Positions 1 to 9,763 of a stretch of DNA of 64,000 nucleotides are shown here, piece after piece. The translations under genes and the position numbers were made by a program. Every line of letters begins with the position of its first letter. Position 1 is the stretch's first letter. The notes under the pieces were generated by a model, which ran no database searches, was not told where the DNA came from, and saw only the letters and a list, made by a program, of their open reading frames with translations. The stretch is from Bacillota bacterium (GTDB lineage: Bacteria; Bacillota; Sulfobacillia; Sulfobacillales; JAIMBI01): the NCBI GenBank assembly GCA_021797815.1, contig JAJZYZ010000007.1, forward strand, positions 3,118 through 67,117, in the 5' to 3' direction.

Positions 1-720
1 GCCGCCAAGGCCCTGTTCCCGCACCAGAAGAACCCGGTCGGCCGGACCGTATCGGTGGGCAGCACGCGCCTGACCGTTGACGGTGTCCTGGTAGCAAACA
101 AAGGCATCGCCGCCGCCCAATCGTCGCACGTCGTGTTTCTTGACGTCACGCGCGGCCTGAAGCTAGCGGGACTGAACAAAGTCTCCGAGATCGTGGTCCG
201 CGCTACCTCCAACTCCACTGTAAATCGGGCGGACCGGCAGGTGACGAGCGTGATGAACCACCGCCACCCGAACCGCGACTTTCAGGTGACCAAGAACAGT
301 CAGCTGCTTTCCACCGTGACCAGTACGCTGTCAACTATCACGACGTTCCTGTCCGGCCTCGCCGCCATCTCCCTCCTGGTCGGAGGCATCGGCATCATGA
401 ACATCATGCTGGTCACCGTGGCCGAACGCTTTCGGGAGATCGGCATTCGAAAGGCCATGGGTGCCCGGGATGGAGACATTCTCGTCCAGTTCCTGGCCGA
501 GTCGATCCTGCTGTCACTCCTGGGCGGCGCCGTAGGCATGGGTCTTGCAGCCATCGCCTCCGGCATCATCGGACACCTGGCTGGATTTGCGGCCGGCCTC
601 ACCTTGAATGCTATCGTCCTCGCGCTCGCCTTCTCCATCGTGGTGGGCGCCGTCTTCGGGGTGCTGCCCGCGTTAAGGGCGGCGCGTCTCATGCCCACAG
701 ATGCGCTTCGAACCGAGTAA
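1..720 (+). CDS. ABC transporter permease, FtsX/MacB-type, C-terminal part (5' end outside window)
   Basis: Frame 1 is open from base 1 (AAKALFPHQKNPVGRTVSVGSTRLTVDGVL...). It carries the FtsX-domain signature GGIGIMNIMLVTVAERFREIGIRKAMGA, followed by three further hydrophobic helices. Confidence 0.85.
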   Translation, partial: AAKALFPHQKNPVGRTVSVGSTRLTVDGVLVANKGIAAAQSSHVVFLDVTRGLKLAGLNKVSEIVVRATSNSTVNRADRQVTSVMNHRHPNRDFQVTKNSQLLSTVTSTLSTITTFLSGLAAISLLVGGIGIMNIMLVTVAERFREIGIRKAMGARDGDILVQFLAESILLSLLGGAVGMGLAAIASGIIGHLAGFAAGLTLNAIVLALAFSIVVGAVFGVLPALRAARLMPTDALRTE

Positions 721-732
721 GCGGGCGGAGGG

Positions 733-765
733 GTTGGAGGGGCGTCACGAGACTACCCCTCCAAC
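733..765 (+). terminator. Stem-loop just downstream of the FtsX-type gene
   Basis: GTTGGAGGGG (733-742) pairs with CCCCTCCAAC (756-765) around a 13-nt loop. Only a weak T-rich tail (TTCGGATTCGG) follows. Confidence 0.45.
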
Positions 766-961
766 TTCGGATTCGGAGCCGGGAGGCGTCTCGACGAGGG
801 ACGGCATTAGACGAACGCATCCGGGAAGTGCAGTCCGCCGTCTAGCAGTTTGGCTTATGCGTGCCCGCCCGCGACCAGTTCGGCCGTGGGCACGCCGAGA
901 ACCCTGAAGAGACCCTTCACTCATGAGCCGAAAGAAAGCCTCTGAGTCGTCGGGCCCGTCT

Positions 962-1243
962 TCAAGACGGGGTTTTCAGGTCTCGCTGGCAGTGAGGGCA
1001 GACCGTAGCGCCGTGGCGGACCGGCTCCTGACAAAAGGGGCAGGCGAAACCCTCGGTCAGGAGGAGGCGGCGCTGAGCCTCTGGCGAGGGGCTTATGACG
1101 GCCATGATAATGACTCCGATCCAGCCAAGGAACAGGCCGAGGAGCCAGCCGGCCAGGCTGTGCCCCTTTTGATTTCCAAGATGCACGCTCACCCACACCG
1201 AGACAATCCAGAGGAGTAAGAGAATGAACAGAGGGGAAAACAT
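962..1243 (-). CDS. Small membrane protein with C-terminal zinc-ribbon (CPFC...CPHC)
   Basis: The internal Met at 1243 is preceded by GGAAGGGGG. Two hydrophobic helices are followed by CPFCQEPVRHGATVCPHCQRDL. The longer ORF reaches 1321. Confidence 0.55.
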   Translation of the reverse strand: MFSPLFILLLLWIVSVWVSVHLGNQKGHSLAGWLLGLFLGWIGVIIMAVISPSPEAQRRLLLTEGFACPFCQEPVRHGATVCPHCQRDLKTPS

Positions 1244-1415
1244 ATCCCGCCCCCTTCCATACCGCAAGAGGGGCCCGCGCCCACCCTGCCAGTATACGAG
1301 GAGCGTGCAGATGGGTCTCACCTGTGGGCTCGATTAAGGCGGGCCCGCCTCCGCCCGCGGCCGGGGGCGGTTCTCGGCGCGGAGAGGCTCTCTTCCGGCG
1401 CCTGTGCAGGGACAA

Positions 1416-2168
1416 TCAGCGGCGGGCCGCTCCCTGCATGGCGCCCAGCGTCGGCGGCACGGCGGGTCCCGTGCTCCAGGTGCGCTCAAGCTCGGCGGTC
1501 AGAAGGACCCCCGCCAGCTTATAGCCCCGCAGGTTGGGGTCAAAGCCGTTGTACATGTATCGGAAGGCCTGAGCATGATCCTGGGCCCACAGCTGCATCT
1601 CAGTGAAATAGGTGTCGGCCAGATGGACGCGGGGAGAGTGAAATCCCTCAGCGATTCGGTACTCGAGTCGGACCAGCCGGGCCTCACTGCTCCGCCACTT
1701 GCCAACCGAGAGCCGGGTAAGCGGGGGCGCGACGATAAGCACCTGGTCGCCGCGGTGCAGCGCTGACACAATTTCTGCGTGAATGGCGTCCGCCGTTGCC
1801 GCGGGTTTGACGTGAAGGCGCAGGTCGTTCAGCATCCCCCAGGCCAGGACAACAAGCCCGTGCGGACCGAGGCGGGTGAGCCACTGCCCGTACTGGGCCG
1901 CCACGCGCGCATCGACGGTCGGCGCACCCGGTATTCCATAGTTGGTGATGATGAAGTGTAGTCCCTCGGCGTGCGCGTAGGCCAAGAGCCCCCGCTCGAC
2001 ATATCCGTGTCCGACGGGATCGTTCCATCCGGAAGCGGCCGAGCCGCCGATGATGATGGCGCGCACGGAACGGACCGGGGCTGCGTGGGCGGTATGCAAC
2101 CCAAACGGCGCGAGACCAACGAGGAAAGCGGCGGTGAGGACCAGCGACCGCATGCTCTTTACGGCCAA
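1416..2168 (-). CDS. Secreted SGNH/GDSL-like hydrolase
   Basis: N-terminal signal peptide (MRSLVLTAAFLVGLAPFGLHTAHA). An IIGGSAASGW block matches the SGNH block I pattern, and the size is about 250 aa. Confidence 0.6.
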   Translation of the reverse strand: MAVKSMRSLVLTAAFLVGLAPFGLHTAHAAPVRSVRAIIIGGSAASGWNDPVGHGYVERGLLAYAHAEGLHFIITNYGIPGAPTVDARVAAQYGQWLTRLGPHGLVVLAWGMLNDLRLHVKPAATADAIHAEIVSALHRGDQVLIVAPPLTRLSVGKWRSSEARLVRLEYRIAEGFHSPRVHLADTYFTEMQLWAQDHAQAFRYMYNGFDPNLRGYKLAGVLLTAELERTWSTGPAVPPTLGAMQGAARR

Positions 2169-2329
2169 GGAGGCTCTCCTCCCTCAATGCACGGCCTGGA
2201 CGCTTTCATCCAGACAAACGATGCGACACACGAAAACCATCCTGAAGAAACGCTGAACCTCAGGACTAATATTAAGCGATAGCCGACCCTTGGAGATGAA
2301 AAGAAATTAAGAAATTGTGAAGGTCTAGG

Positions 2330-3019
2330 TTAAGCCGTGGCGCTGACATGGGACACGAGAAACTCGACGGCATCTGTCGGAAATTCGTTCCGGAGGGCAT
2401 CCGAGATGGCGTCGGCCACGGTCGGGTCGTGCCGGGTCCAGCTGTCCAGGAGCCGCGCGGGCTTCTCCTGCCACCATGGAGCTTTTACAAACGCCTCCTC
2501 GGCCAGCGCCAGCAGCAGGACGCCGCCAACAAACCGGCGGGCTTCTTCCCTGCTCGCGTCAAGAAAACTTGCGTAGAGACCCGAAACGCGCCTGGCGGCT
2601 TTTTCAATCTCCCCGGGGACCGGCGCCTCCGGTCCCCGCTCCCAATATTCGCGGGCCAGTGCCACGAGGCGTTCCCACTCCGGCGTCTTACCCCACAAAA
2701 GGCGGGCCCTCGCCAGCATGCCGGTCACGGTGCCGACATTGCCTGCCCGTTCGTACACCGTGATGACATGTTCATACCAGGAGGCGGGAGCTTCGAACGC
2801 CTCGACCGGAAGGTGGCCGTACGCGTCGCGGACGCGCCGGAACTCGCCGCCGGCCGTCACTACCACCAGATCAATGTCGCTGTGGGGGCCGAAGTCACCT
2901 GTGGCCCGCGATCCCGAGAGTCCTACGCTCACCGCGTCGGGGTGCCGTTCGCGCCACCACTCGACCAGGTCGGCGGGGACCTCCCAGAAAGGGCAAGGCT
3001 TCGGTTCTTCCGTCGGCAT
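2330..3019 (-). CDS. Nucleotidyltransferase-domain protein
   Basis: GLSGSRATGDFGPHSDIDLVVV matches the GS-x(9-10)-DxD minimal NTase motif. The C-terminal half is helical. Confidence 0.7.
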   Translation of the reverse strand: MPTEEPKPCPFWEVPADLVEWWRERHPDAVSVGLSGSRATGDFGPHSDIDLVVVTAGGEFRRVRDAYGHLPVEAFEAPASWYEHVITVYERAGNVGTVTGMLARARLLWGKTPEWERLVALAREYWERGPEAPVPGEIEKAARRVSGLYASFLDASREEARRFVGGVLLLALAEEAFVKAPWWQEKPARLLDSWTRHDPTVADAISDALRNEFPTDAVEFLVSHVSATA

Positions 3020-3028
3020 CCGCCCGAC

Positions 3029-3487
3029 CTAGGCGTCCGCGCGCGGCGACTCTGGGGCGAACAGGTGCAGGTACGCCCCGTACCCTTCCGCTTCCAGATC
3101 GGCGCGAGGAACGAAACGCAGCGCGGCGGAATTGATGCAGTAGCGAAGACCGCCGTGCTCGCGGGGGCCGTCATTGAACACGTGCCCGAGATGGGAGTCG
3201 GCCGTGTTCGAGCGAACTTCGGTGCGGACCATGCCATGACTCCGGTCGATGCGCCGGGCTACCTCGTCCTCGGCCAATGGCCGTGTGAAGCTTGGCCAGC
3301 CGCAGCCGGAGTCGTATTTGGCCCGGGACGAAAACAGCGGAACCCCCGAGACGACGTCCACGTACAGCCCCTCTTCGTGGTGGTCCCAGAACTCATTCTG
3401 GAATGGAGGCTCGGTGGCGGCGTTTTGCGTTACCTCAAAGGCCAGGTGCGACAGCTGGGCTCGCAGGGTGTCCCGATCGTAGGTCAT
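3029..3487 (-). CDS. msrB: Peptide-methionine (R)-S-oxide reductase
   Basis: Motifs [16 protein letters not shown] and RYCINSAAL. The Met at 3487 is preceded by GGGAGGG. The longer ORF to 3595 is unlikely to be the real start. Confidence 0.9.
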   Translation of the reverse strand: MTYDRDTLRAQLSHLAFEVTQNAATEPPFQNEFWDHHEEGLYVDVVSGVPLFSSRAKYDSGCGWPSFTRPLAEDEVARRIDRSHGMVRTEVRSNTADSHLGHVFNDGPREHGGLRYCINSAALRFVPRADLEAEGYGAYLHLFAPESPRADA

Positions 3488-3616
3488 GAGTCCCTCCCAT
3501 ATCGTTGCACGAACAACAGCATCCGCCCCTCCCATTATACGAAGGAACGGACGAGGTGACGGCCGCCGAGACTTCATGACGGCCCTCGGCGGCACGGCCT
3601 GCAGGAGACTCTTCAG

Positions 3617-4549
3617 TTACCGGGACCCGTCGCCTGCCGCCGCGGCTCCGCTTCCCACAAGGAGCCCCGACGTGGCCATCGCCTCCGCCGGTGGCGGCAC
3701 TACGAACACCTTATTGGCCGGGTTGGCCGACAGCTGCGGCAGCACCTGAAGGTACAGGTAGCGCAGCACTTCCTCTGACGTGCCCGCCTCGTGAAGCGCC
3801 AGGAACAAGACACGCGCCGCGTCGGCCTGGGCCTGCTGAATGGTCCGGATGGCCTGGGCATCGCCCTCCGCGCGAAGGATGGCCGACTGCTTGGCGCCCT
3901 CGGCCTGCAGGATGTTGCTCTGCTTGGAGCCCTCGGCGCCCAGGATCGCGGCCTGCTTCTCGCCCTCGGCCGTCAGGATGGCCGCCCGCTTCGTGCGCTC
4001 CGCCTGCATCTGCCGCTCCATAGCCTGCTGGATATCTTTGGGCGGCATGATGTCCTTGATCTCCACCCGGTTCACCCGCACCCCCCAGCGCTCCGTCACC
4101 TCGTCGAGCACGGTGCGCATGCGCTGGTTGATGTCATCACGGGAGGTGAGCGCCTGGTCCAGAGTCAGGCTACCGAACACGTTGCGGAGCGTGGTCTGCG
4201 TGAGCTGCTCGAGGGCCAGGAGATAGTTGGCCACCTGGTAGATGGCGTTCTTGGCGTCGATAATCTGGTAGTAGACGACCGTAGCCACCTGAATGGTCAC
4301 GTTGTCAGACGTGATGACGGCCTGCGGATCGATGGCGATGACCTGTTCTCGCAGGTCAATAAGCGGCAGCATCACGTCGACGAACGGCACCAGCATGGTG
4401 AGGCCGGAGGGGGCGGCGCGATGGAAGTTGCCAAGCCGCTGCACGATGCCAAGCCGGCTCTGAGGGATGATGCGCACGGAACGGGCCAGGATCAGGATGA
4501 CGAACAGGACGACCAGGATAATGACGATTGTTGAGCCCATTTCGTTCAT
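3617..4549 (-). CDS. SPFH/band-7 (stomatin/prohibitin-like) membrane protein
   Basis: N-terminal TM helix, an SPFH core (IDLREQVIAIDPQAVITSDNVTIQVATVVYYQI) and an Ala/Glu/Gln-rich coiled-coil tail. Confidence 0.9.
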   Translation of the reverse strand: MNEMGSTIVIILVVLFVILILARSVRIIPQSRLGIVQRLGNFHRAAPSGLTMLVPFVDVMLPLIDLREQVIAIDPQAVITSDNVTIQVATVVYYQIIDAKNAIYQVANYLLALEQLTQTTLRNVFGSLTLDQALTSRDDINQRMRTVLDEVTERWGVRVNRVEIKDIMPPKDIQQAMERQMQAERTKRAAILTAEGEKQAAILGAEGSKQSNILQAEGAKQSAILRAEGDAQAIRTIQQAQADAARVLFLALHEAGTSEEVLRYLYLQVLPQLSANPANKVFVVPPPAEAMATSGLLVGSGAAAAGDGSR

Positions 4550-4576
4550 CGCCTCTCCGGATTGCAGATTACGTGT

Positions 4577-5038
4577 CTAGGTATTCCCCGTGTGGCTCGG
4601 GTGAGCGTCCAGGCTCGGGTCATCTACGACGAGCCTCACGCCATCTCGAAAGGCCACCTCGACCCGGCTTCCCACGGCGAACGCACGGTCCGGCATCAGG
4701 GAACGTGCCGACCAGAACTCACCCCCGCCCAGGTCGATGAGTCCGCCGGTGGCCGTCACTTCCTCGCGCACGGTCGCATGACGCCCCACCAGATCGGGGT
4801 ACTGGGTGGTGGGCCGCGGCTTCATGCGCAGGAGATAATTGATGGTGGCCGGGCGCAGCACAAATACGCTCAGGACCGATGCCACCAAAAACACCAGCAC
4901 CTGCAGGAAGAACACGGGCAGCAAGGGAGCCAGGAGCCCCGTCACGACTGCGGCCGCCGCCTCATAGATGAGATAAAAGGACAGGGTGAACATCTCGCCG
5001 GCTACAGCGGCGATTGCGATGATGAGCCAGAAGACCAC
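4577..5038 (-). CDS. NfeD-family membrane protein (partner of the SPFH protein)
   Basis: Three N-terminal TM helices and a C-terminal OB-like soluble domain. It lies immediately upstream of the SPFH gene, which is the classic NfeD-SPFH operon arrangement. Confidence 0.85.
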   Translation of the reverse strand: MVFWLIIAIAAVAGEMFTLSFYLIYEAAAAVVTGLLAPLLPVFFLQVLVFLVASVLSVFVLRPATINYLLRMKPRPTTQYPDLVGRHATVREEVTATGGLIDLGGGEFWSARSLMPDRAFAVGSRVEVAFRDGVRLVVDDPSLDAHPSHTGNT

Positions 5039-5131
5039 GCTGACACCCCGGCCTCATTATGTCATGGGAACGTCCGCGCGGCATTCGCTTCCAGGTAATT
5101 GCCCCAAAACGGCTCTTTCCACTCCGACGCA

Positions 5132-5181
5132 CCCCAAGAACGGCCGGAAGCACAATCGAGTGCTTCCGGCCGTTCTTGGGG
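5132..5181 (-). terminator. Perfect 22-bp stem hairpin downstream of the peroxiredoxin gene (no U-tract)
   Basis: CCCCAAGAACGGCCGGAAGCAC (5132-5153) pairs with GTGCTTCCGGCCGTTCTTGGGG (5160-5181) around a 6-nt loop. It starts 7 nt after the prx stop on the minus strand. Confidence 0.45.
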
Positions 5182-5187
5182 TGGCCG

Positions 5188-5832
5188 CTATCCCCGAAGC
5201 TTCAGATACCAGGTGCGCTGAGCGGAGTCGCCAGAGTCCCGCAGGCGCTCGCGGAGCCCCTCCACGGTGACGGGCGCGGGGACCACCGCGGGCTGTCCCG
5301 GCATCCAGTTGGCCGGCGTGGACAATCCTTCCTGCTGATTGAACTGCAGCGCGTCCACGACCCGCAGGATCTCGTCCATGCTGCGGCCCAGGGAAAGCGG
5401 GTAGTAGATGAGCGCGCGCACGATGCCCTTGTCGTCGATGAAGAAGACGGTCCGCACGGTGACCGTCGACTCCGAGGCGGGCGGGATCATGCCGTACATG
5501 TGGGCGACCTTCTGACTCAAGTCGGCCACAATGGGAAACGGGATCGTGACCCCGAATGCCTGCTCGATGCTGGCCTGCCAGGCCAGGTGCGAGCTTACGG
5601 AGTCGACAGACAGACCGATAAGTTTGACGTTTCGCTTCTCAAAATCGTGGGCCCGCTCGGTGAACGCCACGAATTCGGTGGTGCACACAGGCGTGAAGTC
5701 TGCCGGGTGCGAGAAGAGCACCACCCACTGGCCCCGGAAATCTGAAAGTCGAATCGGTCCATGAGTCGACGGCGCCTCGAAATCGGGCGCCGCCTCGCCG
5801 ATCAACGGTATGTATGGTCGTGTTTCGTCCAC
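5188..5832 (-). CDS. Peroxiredoxin (Prx6/1-Cys-like subfamily)
   Basis: The active-site block is VVLFSHPADFTPVCTTEF, and the 214-aa length is typical of Prx6-type proteins. Confidence 0.9.
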   Translation of the reverse strand: MDETRPYIPLIGEAAPDFEAPSTHGPIRLSDFRGQWVVLFSHPADFTPVCTTEFVAFTERAHDFEKRNVKLIGLSVDSVSSHLAWQASIEQAFGVTIPFPIVADLSQKVAHMYGMIPPASESTVTVRTVFFIDDKGIVRALIYYPLSLGRSMDEILRVVDALQFNQQEGLSTPANWMPGQPAVVPAPVTVEGLRERLRDSGDSAQRTWYLKLRG

Positions 5833-6060
5833 GTCCGCAACTCCTTTCCCTACCTGCAGTCCCCTCTTGAGACCACCGGACCCGCGTCCGGAAGGAAAGA
5901 GGGCGATGGAAGTATAGCCGATACCTTGAAGCTCGCCAACGCGCGGACCAGGATCGCAGGGATTGTCTCAGGAAAGCCTCAGGCGACCGATAACTTTCTG
6001 GTTGATGACTTACGTTTTACGTGGTACTCTTTTTTTGTAATCTATTTCGAGGAGGCTCTC

Positions 6061-6597
6061 ATGGCCAGCCAAACCACCTGGGATATTGATGAAGCGCACA
6101 GCACCGCAGAATTTTCGATCCGGCACATGTTCACATCGGTCAAGGGACACTTTGAAGGCATCTCCGGCACCATCGTTGGCGACCCCGCGGATCTCACCTC
6201 CGCCGACGTGCATCTAAGCATCGACGTGGCCACCGTCAACACCCGTAATGCAGATCGTGACAAGCATCTCCGGACGGGCGACTTCTTTGATGTGGAGAAG
6301 TACCCGGCGATGACATTTGTGAGCCGCGAGATCAAGAAGACCGGCCCGGACACTTACGAGGCCACCGGCGATCTTTCCATGCATGGCGTGACCAAGACCG
6401 TCACCGTAGAAGTCACCTCAGGCGGCCAGGGCAAGGACCCCTGGGGCGGTACCCGGGCCGGATTCTCCGGCACCATCACCCTGAACCGCAAGGATTTCGG
6501 CCTCATGTGGAACGTGGCCCTGGAGGCCGGCGGTCTCATGGTAGGCGACCAGGTCAAGGTGTCGGTGGAACTGGAGACCGTCGCGCGCGCGTCTTAA
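6061..6597 (+). CDS. YceI-family (polyisoprenoid-binding-like) protein
   Basis: WDIDEAHSTAEFSIRHMFTSVKGHF and HGVTKTVTVEV are typical YceI blocks. The ATG at 6061 is preceded by GAGGAGG. Confidence 0.85.
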   Translation: MASQTTWDIDEAHSTAEFSIRHMFTSVKGHFEGISGTIVGDPADLTSADVHLSIDVATVNTRNADRDKHLRTGDFFDVEKYPAMTFVSREIKKTGPDTYEATGDLSMHGVTKTVTVEVTSGGQGKDPWGGTRAGFSGTITLNRKDFGLMWNVALEAGGLMVGDQVKVSVELETVARAS

Positions 6598-6642
6598 AGA
6601 ATGGCCGGAATAGACCGGGCAAGACGGAAGCATGAGCAGGAT

Positions 6643-6672
6643 AGGCGGCCGGTCGAGTCCGGCCGCCTTTTT
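6643..6672 (+). terminator. Rho-independent terminator of the YceI gene
   Basis: AGGCGGCCGG - TCGAGT - CCGGCCGCCT is followed by TTTTT. It abuts the stop codon of the convergent response regulator gene. Confidence 0.8.
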
Positions 6673-7292
6673 CATCGGTCCGGCCGTCGGGAACGCTTCA
6701 GGGCATAGATGGCAAGGCCCGTGCGATCGCTCAGGTGAAGCTTCTGCAAGAGGCTTGAGACGTGGGCCTTCACCGTGCGCACCGTGATCGACAGGCGCTC
6801 GGCCATCTCGGCGTTGGTGTAGCCTTCGGCCACGAGATGCAGCACCTCACGCTCGCGCATCGACAGATCCTCCAGATCCGACTCGCGCGACGCCCGGTCG
6901 GCCTCCGGATCGATGATACGGCGCCCGGATGCCACCGCGCGGACCGCGTCCAGCACCTCGTCTCCCGACGCCGTCTTCAAAAGATATCCGTCCGCTCCTG
7001 CCTGCACCGCCGGCCCCACGAGATCCCCGTCTACGTAGCTTGTCAACATCAGGACCCGCACGTCCGGCAGCGCCGTCTTCAGGGGCGGCAGCGCCTCAAG
7101 ACCGCTCATGCCCGGCATGATAAGGTCGAGCAAGATAAGCGTCGGCGCGAGCGCCCGGGCGCGGGCGATACCCTCTTCGCCCGAGGAAGCCGTGCCCACC
7201 ACGTCGATGCCGGGTGCGCCCTGCAGCAACAGCGACAGTCCGTCACGAACCACGGCGTGGTCGTCGACAATCAACACCCGGATCGGGTTCAT
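6672..7292 (-). CDS. liaR: NarL/LuxR-family response regulator (LiaR/VraR-like)
   Basis: Receiver domain (IRVLIVDDH...LILLDLIMPG) plus a C-terminal LuxR HTH (LSMREREVLHLVAEGYTNAEMAERLSITVRTVKAHV). It is the last gene of a liaF-liaS-liaR arrangement. Confidence 0.85.
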   Translation of the reverse strand: MNPIRVLIVDDHAVVRDGLSLLLQGAPGIDVVGTASSGEEGIARARALAPTLILLDLIMPGMSGLEALPPLKTALPDVRVLMLTSYVDGDLVGPAVQAGADGYLLKTASGDEVLDAVRAVASGRRIIDPEADRASRESDLEDLSMREREVLHLVAEGYTNAEMAERLSITVRTVKAHVSSLLQKLHLSDRTGLAIYALKRSRRPDR

Positions 7293-8353
7293 CCGCCATC
7301 TACCTCCTGGCTCGCATTGCCATCGCCGCCCGCCAACGGAACCCGCACGCTGACACGGGTGCCGCGTCCGGGCTCGCCCATGATACTGAGCCGGGCACCA
7401 ATCTCCGCGGTCCGCTCCCGCATGGTGCTGAATCCCACGTGGTCTTCCACCGCGTCTGTTCTAAATCCGACCCCGTCATCCTCGACCGCCAAGGACACCC
7501 CCATGCTCTCGGCTGCCAGCAACACCGAGATGTGCGAGGGGTGCGCATGGCGAACCGCGTTGGAAACCGCCTCCTGCGCCACGCGGAACAGCGCGTCCTC
7601 GATGCCGGGAGGGATCTCCCGCTCCCCGGTGGTGGTGATGGCCGTCGCAATGCCCTGACGCTCACGCACATCGGTCAGAAGCGCGTCCAGTGCGGCCGAC
7701 AGCGGCTTGTCCCCGAGCTCGACCGGCCGCAGCGCGCGGATAAGCCCACGCATGGTGGCCTGGGCCCGTCGGGCTCCCTCCTCCACCTGGCGGAGCCGCG
7801 CCCGCACTTCCGTATCGTCCTCGGGCAAGAGGCTCCGCGTCGCGGCCACCAGCATCGCCAGGCCGAACAGCTCCTGGCTCACGGTGTCATGAAGCTCCCG
7901 GGCGAGCCGCTGACGCTCTTCCAAAACGGCCAGCCTCTCCGCCCGCTCAGAGAGATGCGCGCGCTCGTCGGCCAGCCGCTGCAGTGCCTCCACCTGGCCC
8001 GACCATGTCGCCGCCATCTGACGGAGCTGGCGGAACAAATAGCGCGCCTCGCCGGTCCCGGCCACCAGGGAGGCCGGCGCCTGATACTGACCCCGGGCCA
8101 GGAGCGCCGCGTAGATGCCAATCTGGGTCAGATCGCGCTTTAGGGTTCGGGCCAGCAGGAACCCGAGCACACCGCCCGCCGCGGCCCCTGCCAGGACTCC
8201 CAGAACCCCGGCTCCGGCGGGGGCCCGGAGAAGAAACGCCGTCAGGGCGGCCGAGAAGGCGCCGATAAGAAGACCGTACCCGGCTACCTGCCAGTCGATC
8301 CCGAGACGGGCGGGGCGGGAAACGGGATTTTTTGAGGCCTCCCGCCCCTCCAT
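7289..8353 (-). CDS. liaS: HisKA_3-type sensor histidine kinase (LiaS/VraS-like)
   Basis: Two TM helices, an H-box (RLARELHDTVSQELF) and HATPase_c blocks (EAVSNAVRHA, DDGVGF). Its 4-nt overlap with liaR suggests translational coupling. Confidence 0.85.
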   Translation of the reverse strand: MEGREASKNPVSRPARLGIDWQVAGYGLLIGAFSAALTAFLLRAPAGAGVLGVLAGAAAGGVLGFLLARTLKRDLTQIGIYAALLARGQYQAPASLVAGTGEARYLFRQLRQMAATWSGQVEALQRLADERAHLSERAERLAVLEERQRLARELHDTVSQELFGLAMLVAATRSLLPEDDTEVRARLRQVEEGARRAQATMRGLIRALRPVELGDKPLSAALDALLTDVRERQGIATAITTTGEREIPPGIEDALFRVAQEAVSNAVRHAHPSHISVLLAAESMGVSLAVEDDGVGFRTDAVEDHVGFSTMRERTAEIGARLSIMGEPGRGTRVSVRVPLAGGDGNASQEVDGG

Positions 8354-9163
8354 CTAGAAGCGCTCCACCCGGATGTCTCCAACCCACAGATGCGCGTCGA
8401 TCGACACCTTGCGCACGGCCTCCTCGTAGCCTGGCGTGCGGTAACTGAGCTGGCGCCCGAACCCGTCCGCCTTTTGACCGAAGACCCGGACATCGCCGAC
8501 CTGCACCTCGGCCACCACCTGCACGGGCAGGTCGTGCGGCACCAGGACCGTGATGTCACCGATAAGCCCGGACAGGTCGTAGCGCGTCTCTTCATTGGGC
8601 AGGTACTGGTCCGAAAGGTCGAGGCGGATATCGCCGATGAGGAGCGTGTGCTGCCGGGGCCCGCTGGTTCCGTCCCCGTGTTGTGTTGCGTCCGCCTCGA
8701 TGGTGGTCCCGCCCACGTCGAGATCCCCGATAGGAAAGCCGTGCGAATCGTGCCGGTCAAAGGGCCAGTTTCCATGCCGTCGCCACGAGGGGGACCGCCG
8801 ACGGGTCAGGGCCTCCAGGCCGACGGCCAGGATGACGACAGCCCAGAAGATGGTCCATCCGTGCAGGTGCCCGATGTGTAGATGGCTCGCCTGGAACGCC
8901 GCCGCCACCACCAGCACGAGCAGGTACAGCATCTGACCGCCGCGCCCGCGGACGAGAGACTCGACGATGCCCGCCACTGCCCAGGCCATGAAGATAAGCG
9001 GCCAATAGACATCGATGAGACGTCCAACCGGAGCCCCGGAGAGTCCGAGACCCCCGACCGCCAGGGTGGCGCCCCAGGTGAGGAGTGCCAGTCCGAGCAG
9101 CCAGCGTCCGCTCACGACGTGATAATGGCGGCCGAGTCCACTCATCCTCACCACCACCACCAT
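8354..9163 (-). CDS. liaF: LiaF/YvqF-like cell-wall-stress module protein
   Basis: N-terminal multi-TM region and a C-terminal repetitive beta region (IGDITVLVPHDLPVQVVAEVQVGDVRVFG...VGDIRVERF), as in the LiaF DUF2154 domain. An alternative start lies at 9145. Confidence 0.75.
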   Translation of the reverse strand: MVVVVRMSGLGRHYHVVSGRWLLGLALLTWGATLAVGGLGLSGAPVGRLIDVYWPLIFMAWAVAGIVESLVRGRGGQMLYLLVLVVAAAFQASHLHIGHLHGWTIFWAVVILAVGLEALTRRRSPSWRRHGNWPFDRHDSHGFPIGDLDVGGTTIEADATQHGDGTSGPRQHTLLIGDIRLDLSDQYLPNEETRYDLSGLIGDITVLVPHDLPVQVVAEVQVGDVRVFGQKADGFGRQLSYRTPGYEEAVRKVSIDAHLWVGDIRVERF

Positions 9164-9537
9164 CCCTTCTTGCGCGTGAAAACTAGCGCCGCCACTAAAA
9201 CCAGGACACCGGCCGCCACCAGCGAACTCAGGTTAAGTCCCGCGAACGGGATGTGCTGGAGGAGAAGCAAGACGCTCCCCACCACGACGAAGGCCGACAG
9301 CACGAACCCGAGGCGGACCATCCGGGGCCACAAGAGCCCGATGAGCCCGTAGAGCAAAAACGGCAGCGCCCAGTAATAATTGAAGTACCGGGCCGCGAGC
9401 GTATGCCCGAGACCCAGGCCCGACAAGCCCAGAGAGACGCCCCAGGCCAGAAGCAGCCCTGCCGAGACGACACGAAGCCCGTCGCCCGCCGGAGCCCGAT
9501 CCGACCATGTCTGTCGCTCCCGCCTGTACGTTTTCAT
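9148..9537 (-). CDS. Small 4-TM membrane protein (LiaI/LiaF-TM-like), first gene of the lia-like operon
   Basis: 129 aa with four hydrophobic helices, directly upstream of and overlapping liaF. Confidence 0.6.
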   Translation of the reverse strand: MKTYRRERQTWSDRAPAGDGLRVVSAGLLLAWGVSLGLSGLGLGHTLAARYFNYYWALPFLLYGLIGLLWPRMVRLGFVLSAFVVVGSVLLLLQHIPFAGLNLSSLVAAGVLVLVAALVFTRKKGWWWW

Positions 9538-9763
9538 CCCTGCGCCCTCTTCCTGTCGCTCCGCGATCCAGGATGAGCGTACGCCGCATAGCAGGCGGCG
9601 CCATTGTCCCCGAGGACATATTGGCCGTGAGGGCCTGATTTCCCTCCGGCGCCCGCGACGGCCAGTGGCCAGCCCGCCGGGACTATGCCCGACCTGCTTC
9701 CGCTAGACGCGAAGACAGAGCCGAAGGTGCCGCGGTCTGCGCCCGAACTCGGTCCGGTCCGTC

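Noticed and set aside
2348-3559. 403-aa plus-strand ORF spanning the nucleotidyltransferase and msrB loci
   Set aside because: It is antisense to two well-supported minus-strand genes. The Arg/Pro/Gly-rich translation is typical of the opposite strand of GC-rich genes.
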